This document shows positions 19,620 through 29,098 of a DNA stretch of 64,000 nucleotides, one piece after another. Made by a program: the position numbers and the translations under genes. The notes under the pieces were generated by a model. That model did no database searches, was not told the DNA's origin, and saw nothing but the letters and a program-made list of their open reading frames with translations. This stretch comes from Bdellovibrionota bacterium (GTDB lineage Bacteria; Bdellovibrionota_C; UBA2361; OMII01): NCBI GenBank assembly GCA_044345405.1, contig JBIJBE010000009.1, positions 28,773-92,772 of the forward strand, in the 5' to 3' direction. Within the stretch, counting starts at the first letter, position 1. Each line of letters starts with the position of its first letter.

Positions 19620-20657
19620 ATGAAATTCGCCTCACTCCCTAAACTTCAACCTGGAGACTCGGTCGGCATCGTATCTCCTTCGTTCGTCGCTCCCGCGATA
19701 TTTCCTATGGAATACGATCTGGGACTCTCGCGATTACGGGAGCGCTTTGGGCTTAATCCGGTTGAGATGCCGAACGTAAAGAATAGGGACGCGACACCTG
19801 AGGACAAGATGAATGACCTGATTCAGGCGTTCTCGGATCCAAAGATAAAGGCGGTTATCACTACGATTGGTGGCGATCACCAGATTGAGTACGTGCATAA
19901 GCTTCCCTCAGAACCGTTTCGGAATAGTCCCAAGCCGTTCTTTGGCTATAGCGACAATACGCACCTCAGTAATTTTCTCTTTCTGCAGGGAATACCCTCC
20001 TACTATGGGGGATGTATCTACACAGAATACGCCATGCACGGCGCCATGCATCCCCTCACCGAGCGGTATACGCGAACAGCGCTCTTCTTCGGCGGGGAGC
20101 AAACGCTTGAGGCGAGCCAGGACTTCAACGATGAGGACCTGATGTGGGGTCTTCCGGAGAACCACGCCCGTCACCGACGCCATCAACCAAACGAGGGGTG
20201 GCAGTGGAATGGCGCGCGAGACGGACGGGGAGTCCTGTGGGGAGGATGCGTAGAATCCGTCGATGAGATCCTTCGCCATGGACGCGCAATTCCAACGCTC
20301 TCTGACTTCGAGAAGATCGTTCTCTTCTTTGAGACATCGGAGGAGATGCCCTCTGCCACGTATGTAGGGCGAGTGCTCCGTGCGTTCGGTGAACGAGATA
20401 TCCTTTCGCGTGTACAGGGTGTGCTGGTAGGACGTCCCAAGGCGTGGAACTTTGAGAAGAGGTCCTCAGATGAGGAAAAGGTAGCGTACAAAGAAGCGCA
20501 ACGGCACACGGTCTTGCAAACTATCCGCACGTACAATCCAACGGTGCCAGTAGTACAGAATATGGACTTCGGACATACGTCACCAACGTTGTGCCTTCCG
20601 TATGGTGGAGAGGTACATATTCAGTCGGCGCCGCGTGCCGTGAGAGCTTGGTATTAG
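19620..20657 (+). CDS. S66 family peptidase (LD-carboxypeptidase/MccF-like)
   Basis: VGIVSPS, TIGG, FFGYSDNT, LFFETSEE, DFGHT. Confidence 0.92.
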   Translation: MKFASLPKLQPGDSVGIVSPSFVAPAIFPMEYDLGLSRLRERFGLNPVEMPNVKNRDATPEDKMNDLIQAFSDPKIKAVITTIGGDHQIEYVHKLPSEPFRNSPKPFFGYSDNTHLSNFLFLQGIPSYYGGCIYTEYAMHGAMHPLTERYTRTALFFGGEQTLEASQDFNDEDLMWGLPENHARHRRHQPNEGWQWNGARDGRGVLWGGCVESVDEILRHGRAIPTLSDFEKIVLFFETSEEMPSATYVGRVLRAFGERDILSRVQGVLVGRPKAWNFEKRSSDEEKVAYKEAQRHTVLQTIRTYNPTVPVVQNMDFGHTSPTLCLPYGGEVHIQSAPRAVRAWY

Positions 20658-20712
20658 CCGAAGGGGAGAATGGCTTAGGCGCTACCTGCGCCACTACACT
20701 GGAGTTTAATCG

Positions 20713-21441
20713 ATGCCCTCTAAGAAGTCCTATCAAGTGTTCGCTCGATACTATGACGCGGTCATGGGGGATCGAAAACGTGACATCGCTCGGGTGAAGC
20801 TCTGGATCCGAGAGCGTGTTCCCCATGCAAAGAGATTGGTAGAGCTAGGGTGCGGCACTGGCGCGGTACTTCAGGGCTTCGCCGGACGGTATGCTGTGAC
20901 TGGGGTCGATCTCTCAGGCGAAATGTTACGCGTCGCGAAAAAGCGACTGCCCCACGCCACGTTGCGAAAAGGTGACATGTCACGCTATCGCTCAAGCGAG
21001 AAAGTCGATGTGGTCCTCTGCCTCTTTGATACGATCAATCATCTCGTCTCGTTTCGGGATTGGACCCGTCTCTTCGCGAACGCTCGCTCCATGCTCGCAT
21101 CGGATAGCGTTTTTATCTTCGACATCAATACGATCGAACGGCTTCAGGCATTATCCACCTTTGGGCCGATGGTCTCCTACTTCTCAGATGAGGATTTTGT
21201 GCTCATGCGAGTCTCCAAGGGAAGCGCGAACCGTTTCTCGTGGGATGTTCGGATCTTTGAGCGTTCGCGCCCTACCCGTTATAGGAGTCATCGAGAGGTA
21301 ATTCAGGAAGCCTCGTTCCCTATCGATCGTATCACCTCTTCATTGACTCGCTGGTTTTCACGAATTGAGCTTTTCAATGCTGAAGGAGAACCTGTCTCCG
21401 CCAACGCGCAGGGGCGGGTGTTCTTTGTGTGTCGACCGTAA
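20713..21441 (+). CDS. Class I SAM-dependent methyltransferase
   Basis: FARYYD, VELGCGTG, GVDLSGEML, GDM. Confidence 0.9.
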   Translation: MPSKKSYQVFARYYDAVMGDRKRDIARVKLWIRERVPHAKRLVELGCGTGAVLQGFAGRYAVTGVDLSGEMLRVAKKRLPHATLRKGDMSRYRSSEKVDVVLCLFDTINHLVSFRDWTRLFANARSMLASDSVFIFDINTIERLQALSTFGPMVSYFSDEDFVLMRVSKGSANRFSWDVRIFERSRPTRYRSHREVIQEASFPIDRITSSLTRWFSRIELFNAEGEPVSANAQGRVFFVCRP

Positions 21442-21489
21442 CCATCGGTTCGCACCCAGTATCTTCAAACATACTTTCACACGGCTCTC

Positions 21490-21756
21490 TCAAGGGAGAG
21501 GTATCCCCTTCTTTTTCTTCGCCTCCACATACGACCGCAGCACCGCGTTCATCAGGGATTGATATCCCTTGCCGGTCGACCGAAACCATTCGAGAACGTC
21601 ATGGTCGACACGCAACGAAATGGCTTCCTTAGGAAGAGGAAGTTCCACCCGCGCTCGTCGCCAGAAGGAGGCACCGAGCTCGGGGATATCCTCGTAGCTA
21701 ATTGATTCGGCGGTAGATGAGGTTTTCTTTTTAGAGGAACGGCTTGATTTTGGCAT
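21490..21756 (-). CDS. BrnA family antitoxin
   Basis: EDIPEL...K..ISLRVDHDVLEWFRSTGKGYQSLMNAVLR. Confidence 0.92.
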   Translation of the reverse strand: MPKSSRSSKKKTSSTAESISYEDIPELGASFWRRARVELPLPKEAISLRVDHDVLEWFRSTGKGYQSLMNAVLRSYVEAKKKKGIPLP

Positions 21757-22014
21757 AGAATGTTTGACGCTCCTTTTTGTTAGCCCGACGAGCGGAGATT
21801 ATTCGTATCTTTGAGCCCCGGCGAGTGTGCGCGATGACCAGTACGGTTCCTGAATGGTTTGAACCGATAGGAATCCATCGCTCTTCCCCATACGGAAACG
21901 TCGATCCGGAGCGGTCAACGAGACACGTTCGAAGACCTCGGTTGCCTCCGTGAAGGTCACGCCGTGCTTCTCTTTGTTAATTTCATCTTTAACGAGGTCC
22001 CATTCGAACCTCAC
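21731..22014 (-). pseudogene. BrnT family toxin with a 1-bp frameshift near 21895
   Basis: First frame VRFEWDLVKDEINKEKHGVTFTEA...PDRRF; second frame YGEERWIPIG...RIISARRANKKER...FL*. Confidence 0.85.
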
Positions 22015-22031
22015 ACGTAGTCCATACACTA

Positions 22032-22041
22032 TGTATATACA
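22032..22041. promoter_or_regulatory. Palindromic operator candidate TGTATATACA upstream of the second brnT
   Basis: Shares the GTATATAC core with 18933..18942. Confidence 0.5.
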
Positions 22042-22171
22042 GCTGAAAAGGCCTTGGTGCGCATGTCGAACCGGAGGAACCTTACGCCACATGAGGCGCG
22101 GTCCGCTGCCGACAGTTGGGACCGATGTATCGAGAATATGAGAGAAAGGTTGTGCTCGCGTTATATGAGGC

Positions 22172-22748
22172 GGCGGTCAGGAGCTCACGTAGGTGCGCTA
22201 CGAGGGACGAGCTGCCCGCCCTCCCGGATCACGGGTCAACTCGGGCCGGAACTCGCGCGCGTAATGTTCGTGTGGCTTCCGGCCCGTCAGTAGACGGTTC
22301 CTCCGGGGGCGACGCCGCCATCTTTGCATCGTGGGGCACGGCGGTCAGGAATGACCGCCCTCCCGATTTACGGGTCAAGACGGGCCTTCATATTTCACCG
22401 TCCTCGCATGAGACCGTTCCGGGGGCCCGTGTCCACACGGGCCGGAAGTCGAACGATAATTTCGGGGCGAGTTCCGGCCCGTCGGGAGACGGGCCCTCCG
22501 GGGGAAAACGTCGCCATCTTTGCGTCGTGGGGCACGGCGGTCAGGAATGACCGCCCTCCGGATTTACGGGTCGAGACGGGCCCTCCGGGGGAAAACGCCG
22601 CCATCTTTGCGTCGTGGGGCACGGCGGTCAGGAATGACCGCCCTCCGGATTTACGGGTCGAGACGGGCCCTCCGGGGGGAGAATGTCACCATTTTCATCT
22701 CCCGCAATGCGGCGGTCAGGAATGACCGCCCTCCGGGATCACGGGTCG
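22172..22748. repeat. Cluster of REP-like palindromes with an 87-bp tandem amplification
   Basis: GGCGGTCAGGAATGACCGCC(CTCC) at 22340, 22536, 22623 and 22711; GGCCCGT(C/G)-N4-(G/C)ACGGGCC at 22424 and 22476; tandem units start at 22486, 22573 and 22660. Confidence 0.9.
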
Positions 22749-22879
22749 TACTATCTGAAATCACCGGACCACTACGAAAAACCCGTAGCCACCAAAACAC
22801 GCTCGAGGCTACAGGAATCCCCTGCTTTCCCATAACCATTACTGGGACATGCTCGTATTCGGGCATTGGGGGGGATTAT

Positions 22880-25800
22880 ATGAGTTCAATTTCAACGCAC
22901 GCGACACCGCGTCCTGAAACCGTATCTACTACCGACGTTGTTGAGGTATCGCGCGTTCAGAACGGCGACGACAAGCTCGCGCAGCCATCGGCGTCACGCG
23001 CGTCGAGTGCACAGCAGTCAGTAGCTCAGGAGCTCAGGGTATTTTTAGGTGCTCACTGGGAATCGCAGGCTGTAAAGGAACTCTACGAAGAGCTGAAAGC
23101 TGACCGCGTTACACCTGACAACATTCCGGCGACCTTCCTTGAGTCTCAACGGATCGTGAATCCCCTTTCACCTGAGGGTGTCACGTTCCAGAACTCGATG
23201 GAGCAGCTCACCAAACGGCTCCTTCCCGAGATCGATCAAAAAGCTCATCCAATCACATTCGTTATCGCCGACGCCCAGCAAGAAAACGCCTTCATTATCA
23301 CAACCCCACAGCAGAGCCTCATTTGCTTCGACCGCAAACTTCTCGCGACCTTCGACAACCTCGACCAGCTCTCGTGGGTACTCCTCCACGAGCTTACCCA
23401 TCTTCAATATAAGGACCTGTTTGGAGCGGTTCCCGCCTCTCAAACTGAGGAGGCAGCATGTGACCTCCGTCCCCTTATGAAGATGCACGACGCGGGACTC
23501 AATCCGGCGGAAGCTGAAGCATACGCGATAAAGATGGCGAAGACCAAACAGCCGGCGTGGCTCTCAATGGTTGACGCTCACGGACTTCCTCCTTTTCGAG
23601 TAGACGCCATTCAGAAAGGACTCGCGGCGTTGCGACATTCTCGGGGTAAGCTTAAAGAGGGCACGGAGCCTCTTCCCGATCCCCTCCAAGTGGATGGCGG
23701 GTTACGGGGAGCTCGACACGAGTCATTTGTCGACCTGAAACTAAAAGCGACCCAGTATGCCGAGGGAACAACCCTTGAAAAGGTGAGGATACTTCACTCC
23801 ATGCTTCCAGACCTGGAAGCGAGGTTTCACCATCGCGCGGACGATATGGCAAAGCGGGTTCGAAAGCTCATCGTAGCCGAATCTGACAAAGAGACACGAG
23901 TGGTACTCGCTCAGCTGATGGACTCACTCCTCGACAATCCACCCGCATTTAACGCGCTTCACGTTCATCTTCGCTCCGCTCTGGACGGTGCGCATCCGAA
24001 AAAGATCCGCTACTACGCCCCTCGACTTCTGCAGGTAGCCAAAGCGGCGAAAGCTTTTATCGAAGCCGACGATGACACGACGGCACAGGAGAAGGCGGCG
24101 GCCGCTAGCCATCTCATCAAGACACTCGAAGACCTCCCCGCTTGGCAATCAATTAATTGGGGCACCGTGGATCTGCCACACTTTGCACTCCCCGATGAAC
24201 GTGAGTATAAGCGAGCGATCAAGGAGGCGAAATCCTCAGGGGATGACGTCGTATTTCCATGGCACGAACTCGCCGAGGCCGCGAGCAGCGAGAATCAGAT
24301 AGGGCGCGCGTTGCTCTGCCTTGGTACGTGGGATGACCGAATTCCTCTCAACGCCGGAAACGAGGACCTTACCTGGATGGATGCGCATTTGCGGCTTGCC
24401 AAGCAAAGCTCGGGCCATTCCCATCACTCGTATGAGTCAACTATTTCGACACCGCGAACGGACGAGGGAGAGAACTCCCGCTTTCAGCTAATAACGAATG
24501 GTGGTGGACTCATCAAAAAAGTAGACCCGCTGGCTACAGACCGAGACACCGTAAAACGGGATGTCGCGAACAGAATTACGGTCGAGCTCGAGCGAGCGAG
24601 ACTTGAGGCGGAAACAAGTGTCGCTATCGCAACCGTCCCCTCTGAAGAATTACCGAGTTCAAGCCGGGAGCGGACCCTTTCATTCCTGAGCCTCCCGTAT
24701 AGTGAATTCATGAAGGACCCGTACGCGCACCTGCGGGTGAACGAGGTGTTGCTGTGTCCCCCATCGTACATTTCACCGAGCGGCTCCGCTGGACGATTAC
24801 GGTCGCAGCTGCGGGACCTCATGGCACTTACGACAAACTCAGCGCGCTCACTTCTGCGCTACTTCGACGGCATGCTTGACGTTACCTCCGAACCCGAGCG
24901 GACGACGTATCGCGAGTTCGTGCGGGACTTTTTCCTAAACGAGACGACTCCCTTTAACTTTCAAACCGTAGTGGAACGACAGTTTGAGGATAATAGCTAC
25001 TCCAACATCTTCCAATATGTGCGATGGGCCGGTAACGATACGCACCAACTCTTTAGCCTTCAAGAAAAAGGACTCATCTTTTCCGAATATCACGAGGGGG
25101 GGGCCCTCACGCTGGGCCGCAACGCCGCTGGGATGCGCAAACCTGAGACGGTCGACGAGCTCCGCCATGCGCTCGACACCTATCTTGAGATGACGGGCTT
25201 GCATGACCACACGGAAAACTCCAAAGTCGATCTCTCTTTATTTACAAGTGAAGTTATCTCGGCTGAGGTTGCTGAGTTTCTCCGTGACCATCGAGACGCG
25301 GAGGGACTCCATCGACTTCTGAGCTCGCATGGCCACTGGCTCCGCGACGTCTATCGGGAGGCCTCCTTTGACCAGATATTCGTCGAGTACTTCAAGCATG
25401 AAAAATCGTGGCCAACCGACGCGATGACACTTGGAGCGATATATCGCGCAATCGAGGGACTTGGCATCTTCCCCAACGAGTTATGGCGAGCCTCATTCGC
25501 GGTTCGGGTATTGGAGAGCGTAGACGCCACAACCGATCTCCAAACACGAGTCGATGCCCTTGAGAATCTCCTCTTAGGAACGCCACCAAAAGATGTGGAC
25601 ATCCGCGAAGGGGCGATCGCCCGGTGGGTCACCTCGATGGCGACGATGTACGGCGATGACCACACAGCTTCATGGAACTCCTCGGACTGTCCATATCTCG
25701 CGACGATTCAACCGGTCTTGGACCGAGTTGCAGGGGAGGCGCATTCATCCATACGGGGAGAGATGCTCGACGCCTTGGGCAATCGGATACTGGCGCAACG

Positions 25801-27832
25801 CCAGGTGAGTCACGCGATTGAGCGGGCGATCCTTGGACCGATCGACAATGCCGCCACACAAAGCACGGGAGCCGCGTACGGAGGGCTTCAAGCGGGCTTT
25901 ATGATTATTGGCGAAGCGAAGGAGAACCGCTTTAAAACGATTCATTTCCTTACGCGCCCCTTGACGGACAAACGTATCAAGGCGTTCTCAAAATTGGTTA
26001 TCAACGAGGGGATGGCAACCTCACAGATGCTCGATGCTGATGACCTGTCAGGTATCGACTCCCCTCGAAACCGACGTCGTATACAGCTCGAATGCAAGCG
26101 TATTCATGAGAACTTCTGGCGGGCTCCGATAGGGTATCGCGCGGCTTTTCTGGAAGAGCTCATGATGCCCGCCGCGGCGCGTTTACGGGACCTTCAAGCT
26201 GGAACTCAGAAAACCTTCACCAACGCCTGCGATTTCGTTATATCCGAGCTTCTTCCACTTAAGGACAGGCACGACCGGCCGATCAAATACGCGCCCGAGG
26301 CCCAACGGATCTTGAGGGCGTTTCTTGCCGATGGGGTCCTTGACCACCGACAGCAGCCGATCTTTCTCTCAGCGTTGATGGCCGCCGCGCAACGTTCCAA
26401 CGAGGAGCGAGGTCGCTTAAGCGTCGGGCAGATCCTCGCCTCTATCTTCGACAACATGGGTCCAGCATGGCGTAAATTTGGACAGGCGATCGCCAATCAC
26501 CCAAGCACTCCCCTCGATATCGCTCGCGATATGGAGCCACTCAAAGGGAAGCAATCTGTTACTCGCGCTCAAGCGTGGGCACTCTACGAACATACGGTGC
26601 CGGAAGATATCCGTATACAGAACCCACGACTTGGACCGGTGCTTGAATCCGCGTCCTTCTTCACCGCTGTTGATGCCGGGAACGAGGTGTTTACGTTCCT
26701 GACGCCGAAAGCTCTCGTACGAGCGGAGGATGGATTCTCCATTATGGAGAGCTTTGTCGCGGAGCTTCGGAAAGCGGAGGATTCGCTCTCACAGGTCGCA
26801 CCCGCGGTCGCGGAGATGGTGTCCAGCGCGCGAACGAGCGCTATCCTGGAGACGAATGGACGGGTTGGTGCCGCTCAGGCTGATGCGATGCGAGCCCGCT
26901 ATAATGAACTCACCGTTACGATCGGGAATATGAAGTTCCCCTTCTCTACCGCCGCGTGGAGTGATCACGGTCCGGAGTTTCGTCGCATGCAGAAGATGAA
27001 AGGTCCGACCTTTAACGACGTTCCATCCACAACACCAGAGGAGATCGAGCATAAACGGCACGTCGCGAAAACTATCGTGTACGTTGAGCTGCGAAATATC
27101 CTCTCTGGAAACGCGTTCTGCGTCGACCGACACGGTCGTAACATTCGGGTCGATGGAAACTCGGTTGGACATTTTGACCACGGAGCGGTTCACGCCGTTG
27201 TGCGGGATAAGAAGGGCAAGGAGGTACACCCACTTGAGGCGGAGCCAGCCCTCGTTGGCGGTGGAACGGTTGAGATTCCGGGTGCGAGCGGGACGGAGAA
27301 GCTGCAACTCGCGGAGGCGTTGTACAGCGCGTACACGCAGCTTAATGGCGGGCAGCCCCTCGCTGTTGTTATGCACAACGAGATTGAGAAGGCTCGCGCC
27401 GCTACCGGCGCGACGCCCGAGTACCTTATCCGGGTGGAGCGAGCGTTGTTGGCACTCAACGATTGTTTCAAGTGTCTCAACGGGCAGGACATGAAGGATA
27501 TACTCGGAAGCCTCTACCTGAACGGGGATATCGACAAAACCATAACGACAACCCTAGAGAGCAAGATTAAGAGCGAGAAGATCGGCGGCTTCGCTGGACT
27601 CTTCGTAAACGCGTCTAAGGTTATTCGCGGTGAGATCGAGAAGTCGGTCGTTGAGCGAATGACGGTTTCTCAGGGCTCTCAGAACCAGGGAGCTCGCTCT
27701 CAGTGGCACGACAACGCGATGAATCGTCAGGACGTGCCGTCGTTGCTTACGACGAGGGATTTCCGGCAGAAGAAGAAGGAAGAATCTGGCAGGGCGCGGA
27801 AGCGGAGCTTGACGGTGCCTACGTTGGAGTAA
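22880..27832 (+). CDS. 1650-aa protein: M48-like zinc peptidase, long helical region, AarF/UbiB (ABC1)-like atypical kinase domain
   Basis: LLHELTH...EEAACD; MGPAWRKFGQ, ESAS, VDRHGRNI, HFDHG. The first 120 aa of the ORF track are translated repeat, so the start is placed at ATG 22880. Confidence 0.8.
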   Translation: MSSISTHATPRPETVSTTDVVEVSRVQNGDDKLAQPSASRASSAQQSVAQELRVFLGAHWESQAVKELYEELKADRVTPDNIPATFLESQRIVNPLSPEGVTFQNSMEQLTKRLLPEIDQKAHPITFVIADAQQENAFIITTPQQSLICFDRKLLATFDNLDQLSWVLLHELTHLQYKDLFGAVPASQTEEAACDLRPLMKMHDAGLNPAEAEAYAIKMAKTKQPAWLSMVDAHGLPPFRVDAIQKGLAALRHSRGKLKEGTEPLPDPLQVDGGLRGARHESFVDLKLKATQYAEGTTLEKVRILHSMLPDLEARFHHRADDMAKRVRKLIVAESDKETRVVLAQLMDSLLDNPPAFNALHVHLRSALDGAHPKKIRYYAPRLLQVAKAAKAFIEADDDTTAQEKAAAASHLIKTLEDLPAWQSINWGTVDLPHFALPDEREYKRAIKEAKSSGDDVVFPWHELAEAASSENQIGRALLCLGTWDDRIPLNAGNEDLTWMDAHLRLAKQSSGHSHHSYESTISTPRTDEGENSRFQLITNGGGLIKKVDPLATDRDTVKRDVANRITVELERARLEAETSVAIATVPSEELPSSSRERTLSFLSLPYSEFMKDPYAHLRVNEVLLCPPSYISPSGSAGRLRSQLRDLMALTTNSARSLLRYFDGMLDVTSEPERTTYREFVRDFFLNETTPFNFQTVVERQFEDNSYSNIFQYVRWAGNDTHQLFSLQEKGLIFSEYHEGGALTLGRNAAGMRKPETVDELRHALDTYLEMTGLHDHTENSKVDLSLFTSEVISAEVAEFLRDHRDAEGLHRLLSSHGHWLRDVYREASFDQIFVEYFKHEKSWPTDAMTLGAIYRAIEGLGIFPNELWRASFAVRVLESVDATTDLQTRVDALENLLLGTPPKDVDIREGAIARWVTSMATMYGDDHTASWNSSDCPYLATIQPVLDRVAGEAHSSIRGEMLDALGNRILAQRQVSHAIERAILGPIDNAATQSTGAAYGGLQAGFMIIGEAKENRFKTIHFLTRPLTDKRIKAFSKLVINEGMATSQMLDADDLSGIDSPRNRRRIQLECKRIHENFWRAPIGYRAAFLEELMMPAAARLRDLQAGTQKTFTNACDFVISELLPLKDRHDRPIKYAPEAQRILRAFLADGVLDHRQQPIFLSALMAAAQRSNEERGRLSVGQILASIFDNMGPAWRKFGQAIANHPSTPLDIARDMEPLKGKQSVTRAQAWALYEHTVPEDIRIQNPRLGPVLESASFFTAVDAGNEVFTFLTPKALVRAEDGFSIMESFVAELRKAEDSLSQVAPAVAEMVSSARTSAILETNGRVGAAQADAMRARYNELTVTIGNMKFPFSTAAWSDHGPEFRRMQKMKGPTFNDVPSTTPEEIEHKRHVAKTIVYVELRNILSGNAFCVDRHGRNIRVDGNSVGHFDHGAVHAVVRDKKGKEVHPLEAEPALVGGGTVEIPGASGTEKLQLAEALYSAYTQLNGGQPLAVVMHNEIEKARAATGATPEYLIRVERALLALNDCFKCLNGQDMKDILGSLYLNGDIDKTITTTLESKIKSEKIGGFAGLFVNASKVIRGEIEKSVVERMTVSQGSQNQGARSQWHDNAMNRQDVPSLLTTRDFRQKKKEESGRARKRSLTVPTLE

Positions 27833-27863
27833 TCCGGAACTCACGCACGTCATTTTCGTACGG

Positions 27864-27975
27864 CTTCCGGCCCGTCGGGAGACGGGCCCTCCCCACCAGC
27901 ATCAGTGCGTCACGCAACACGGCGGTCAGGAATGACCGCCCTCCCGCACCATGGGTCGATACGGGCCCTCCGGGG
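27864..27975. repeat. REP-like palindromes
   Basis: GGCCCGTCGGGAGACGGGCC at 27869..27888; GGCGGTCAGGAATGACCGCC at 27921..27940. Confidence 0.9.
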
Positions 27976-28081
27976 TGCAAACGCCAACATCTTGCCCTCA
28001 CAACTTTTCACCCCCACCTCCGAAATGTAGCTACCGACACCCATGCTCTGCAGCTTACTCAAATTTTCTTGCCTCTATTAT

Positions 28082-28095
28082 TATCATATATGATA
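28082..28095. promoter_or_regulatory. Palindrome TATCATATATGATA overlapping the toxin start (TA operator candidate)
   Basis: Perfect 14-bp palindrome. Confidence 0.5.
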
Positions 28096-28437
28096 CTTAT
28101 TAAATATCAGATCCTTGAATACGTATCATCGCGGGGAACAAATCCATTTCGAGACTGGCTTGAAACCCTTCCTCGAATGATAGCGGCAAGGGTCCAAGCA
28201 CGGTTATATGCGGCAGAGCTTGGCAATTTGGGAGACTATAAGGGAGTTGGGGATGGGTTGTTTGAGCTACGCCTCCATATAGGCCCGGGCTATCGCATCT
28301 ACTTTGGTAGGGAGTCCCGAACCGTTCTCATCCTACTTGGAGGAGGAACTAAGGGCACCCAGACACGAGATATCGCAAGGGCTCGGCGGAACTTTACAAT
28401 GTATCGAGGAACCAACCATGTCACGACGAAGCGCTGA
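28090..28437 (+). CDS. RelE/HigB-like addiction module killer protein
   Basis: PFRDWL...GNLGDYKGVGDGLFELRLHIGPGYRIYF...LLGGGTKGTQ.RDI..A. Confidence 0.92.
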   Translation: MILIKYQILEYVSSRGTNPFRDWLETLPRMIAARVQARLYAAELGNLGDYKGVGDGLFELRLHIGPGYRIYFGRESRTVLILLGGGTKGTQTRDIARARRNFTMYRGTNHVTTKR

Positions 28438-28729
28438 TTGGAACGCAGGTTTGGCTCAGGACCTCCGAGAGAAGGGCTTTGCGCAGGAATTTATTCAAGG
28501 CTGCCTTGAAGAAGGTCTTTCTCTACAGGAAGCGCTCGCGAAGGTCGTGCGCGCATATGGCGTGAAGGAATTCGCTATTCGAGCCAAGCTACCGAGCTCA
28601 AACGTACTGCGAGCGATTAGCCCAGGACACAATCCTACCAGTGAAACGTTGAACGCGATCCTAAAGCCATTTGATTTGTGCCTGTCGGTGGCACCTCGGC
28701 GGAAGGTGCGGGGAGCGGGGTCGCGGTAA
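28418..28729 (+). CDS. Addiction module antidote (HTH) protein
   Basis: ALAKVVRAYGV...GHNPTSETLNAILK; overlaps the toxin gene. Confidence 0.88.
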   Translation: MSRRSADWNAGLAQDLREKGFAQEFIQGCLEEGLSLQEALAKVVRAYGVKEFAIRAKLPSSNVLRAISPGHNPTSETLNAILKPFDLCLSVAPRRKVRGAGSR

Positions 28730-28748
28730 TAACCCCATGCGAGGGATC

Positions 28749-29012
28749 CGGAGGACCCGTCTCCTGGTGCCCTGTAGCTCTAGCGAAGGGGGGCTGACGG
28801 ATCCTCCGGGGTACAAATGCCAACATCGGTGCGTCACGCAACACGGCGGTCAGGAATGACCGCCCTCCCTTATCACGGGCCGGCACAACGGGAGGGCGAC
28901 CGTTTCCCCGCCGCGAAAGCTTTGGGGAACAGGTCGCGGTCGCCGAAAAATCACGCATCGCTACAATATTTCGCTTCACGCAACACGGCGGTCAGGAATG
29001 ACCGCCCTCCGG
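28749..29012. repeat. REP-like inverted doublets, two with loop insertions
   Basis: Canonical copies at 28845..28864 and 28987..29006; expanded-loop copies at 28749..28809 and 28891..28944. Confidence 0.85.
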
Positions 29013-29043
29013 GGTCATGGGGCGCAATATCGACATGGGGAAT

Positions 29044-29080
29044 AAAAAAAGGGGGCCAAATATCAAAGATATTCGCCCCC
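29044..29080 (-). terminator. Rho-independent terminator of the MFS gene
   Basis: GGGGGCGAATATC-TTT-GATATTTGGCCCCC followed by T7 on the minus strand. Confidence 0.8.
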
Positions 29081-29098
29081 CGTGTTGTTCGATGTTCT

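Noticed and set aside
22340-22748. CRISPR array (palindromic repeat at ~87-bp period)
   Set aside because: The intervening sequences are near-identical rather than unique spacers, the same palindrome is dispersed across the window in both orientations, and no cas genes are present.
22116-22879. ORFs 22116..22550, 22324..22725, 22395..22622 and the 120-aa extension of the 1770-aa ORF
   Set aside because: These are translations of REP repeats (TAVRNDRPP, RRSGMTAL) with no coding signature.
27703-28089. N-terminal extension of the RelE/HigB toxin
   Set aside because: It overlaps the upstream gene and REP DNA; toxin homology begins at ATG 28090.
18948-29012. Integron cassette array
   Set aside because: No intI and no GTTRRRY/RYYYAAC-bounded attC sites seen; genes lie in both orientations.
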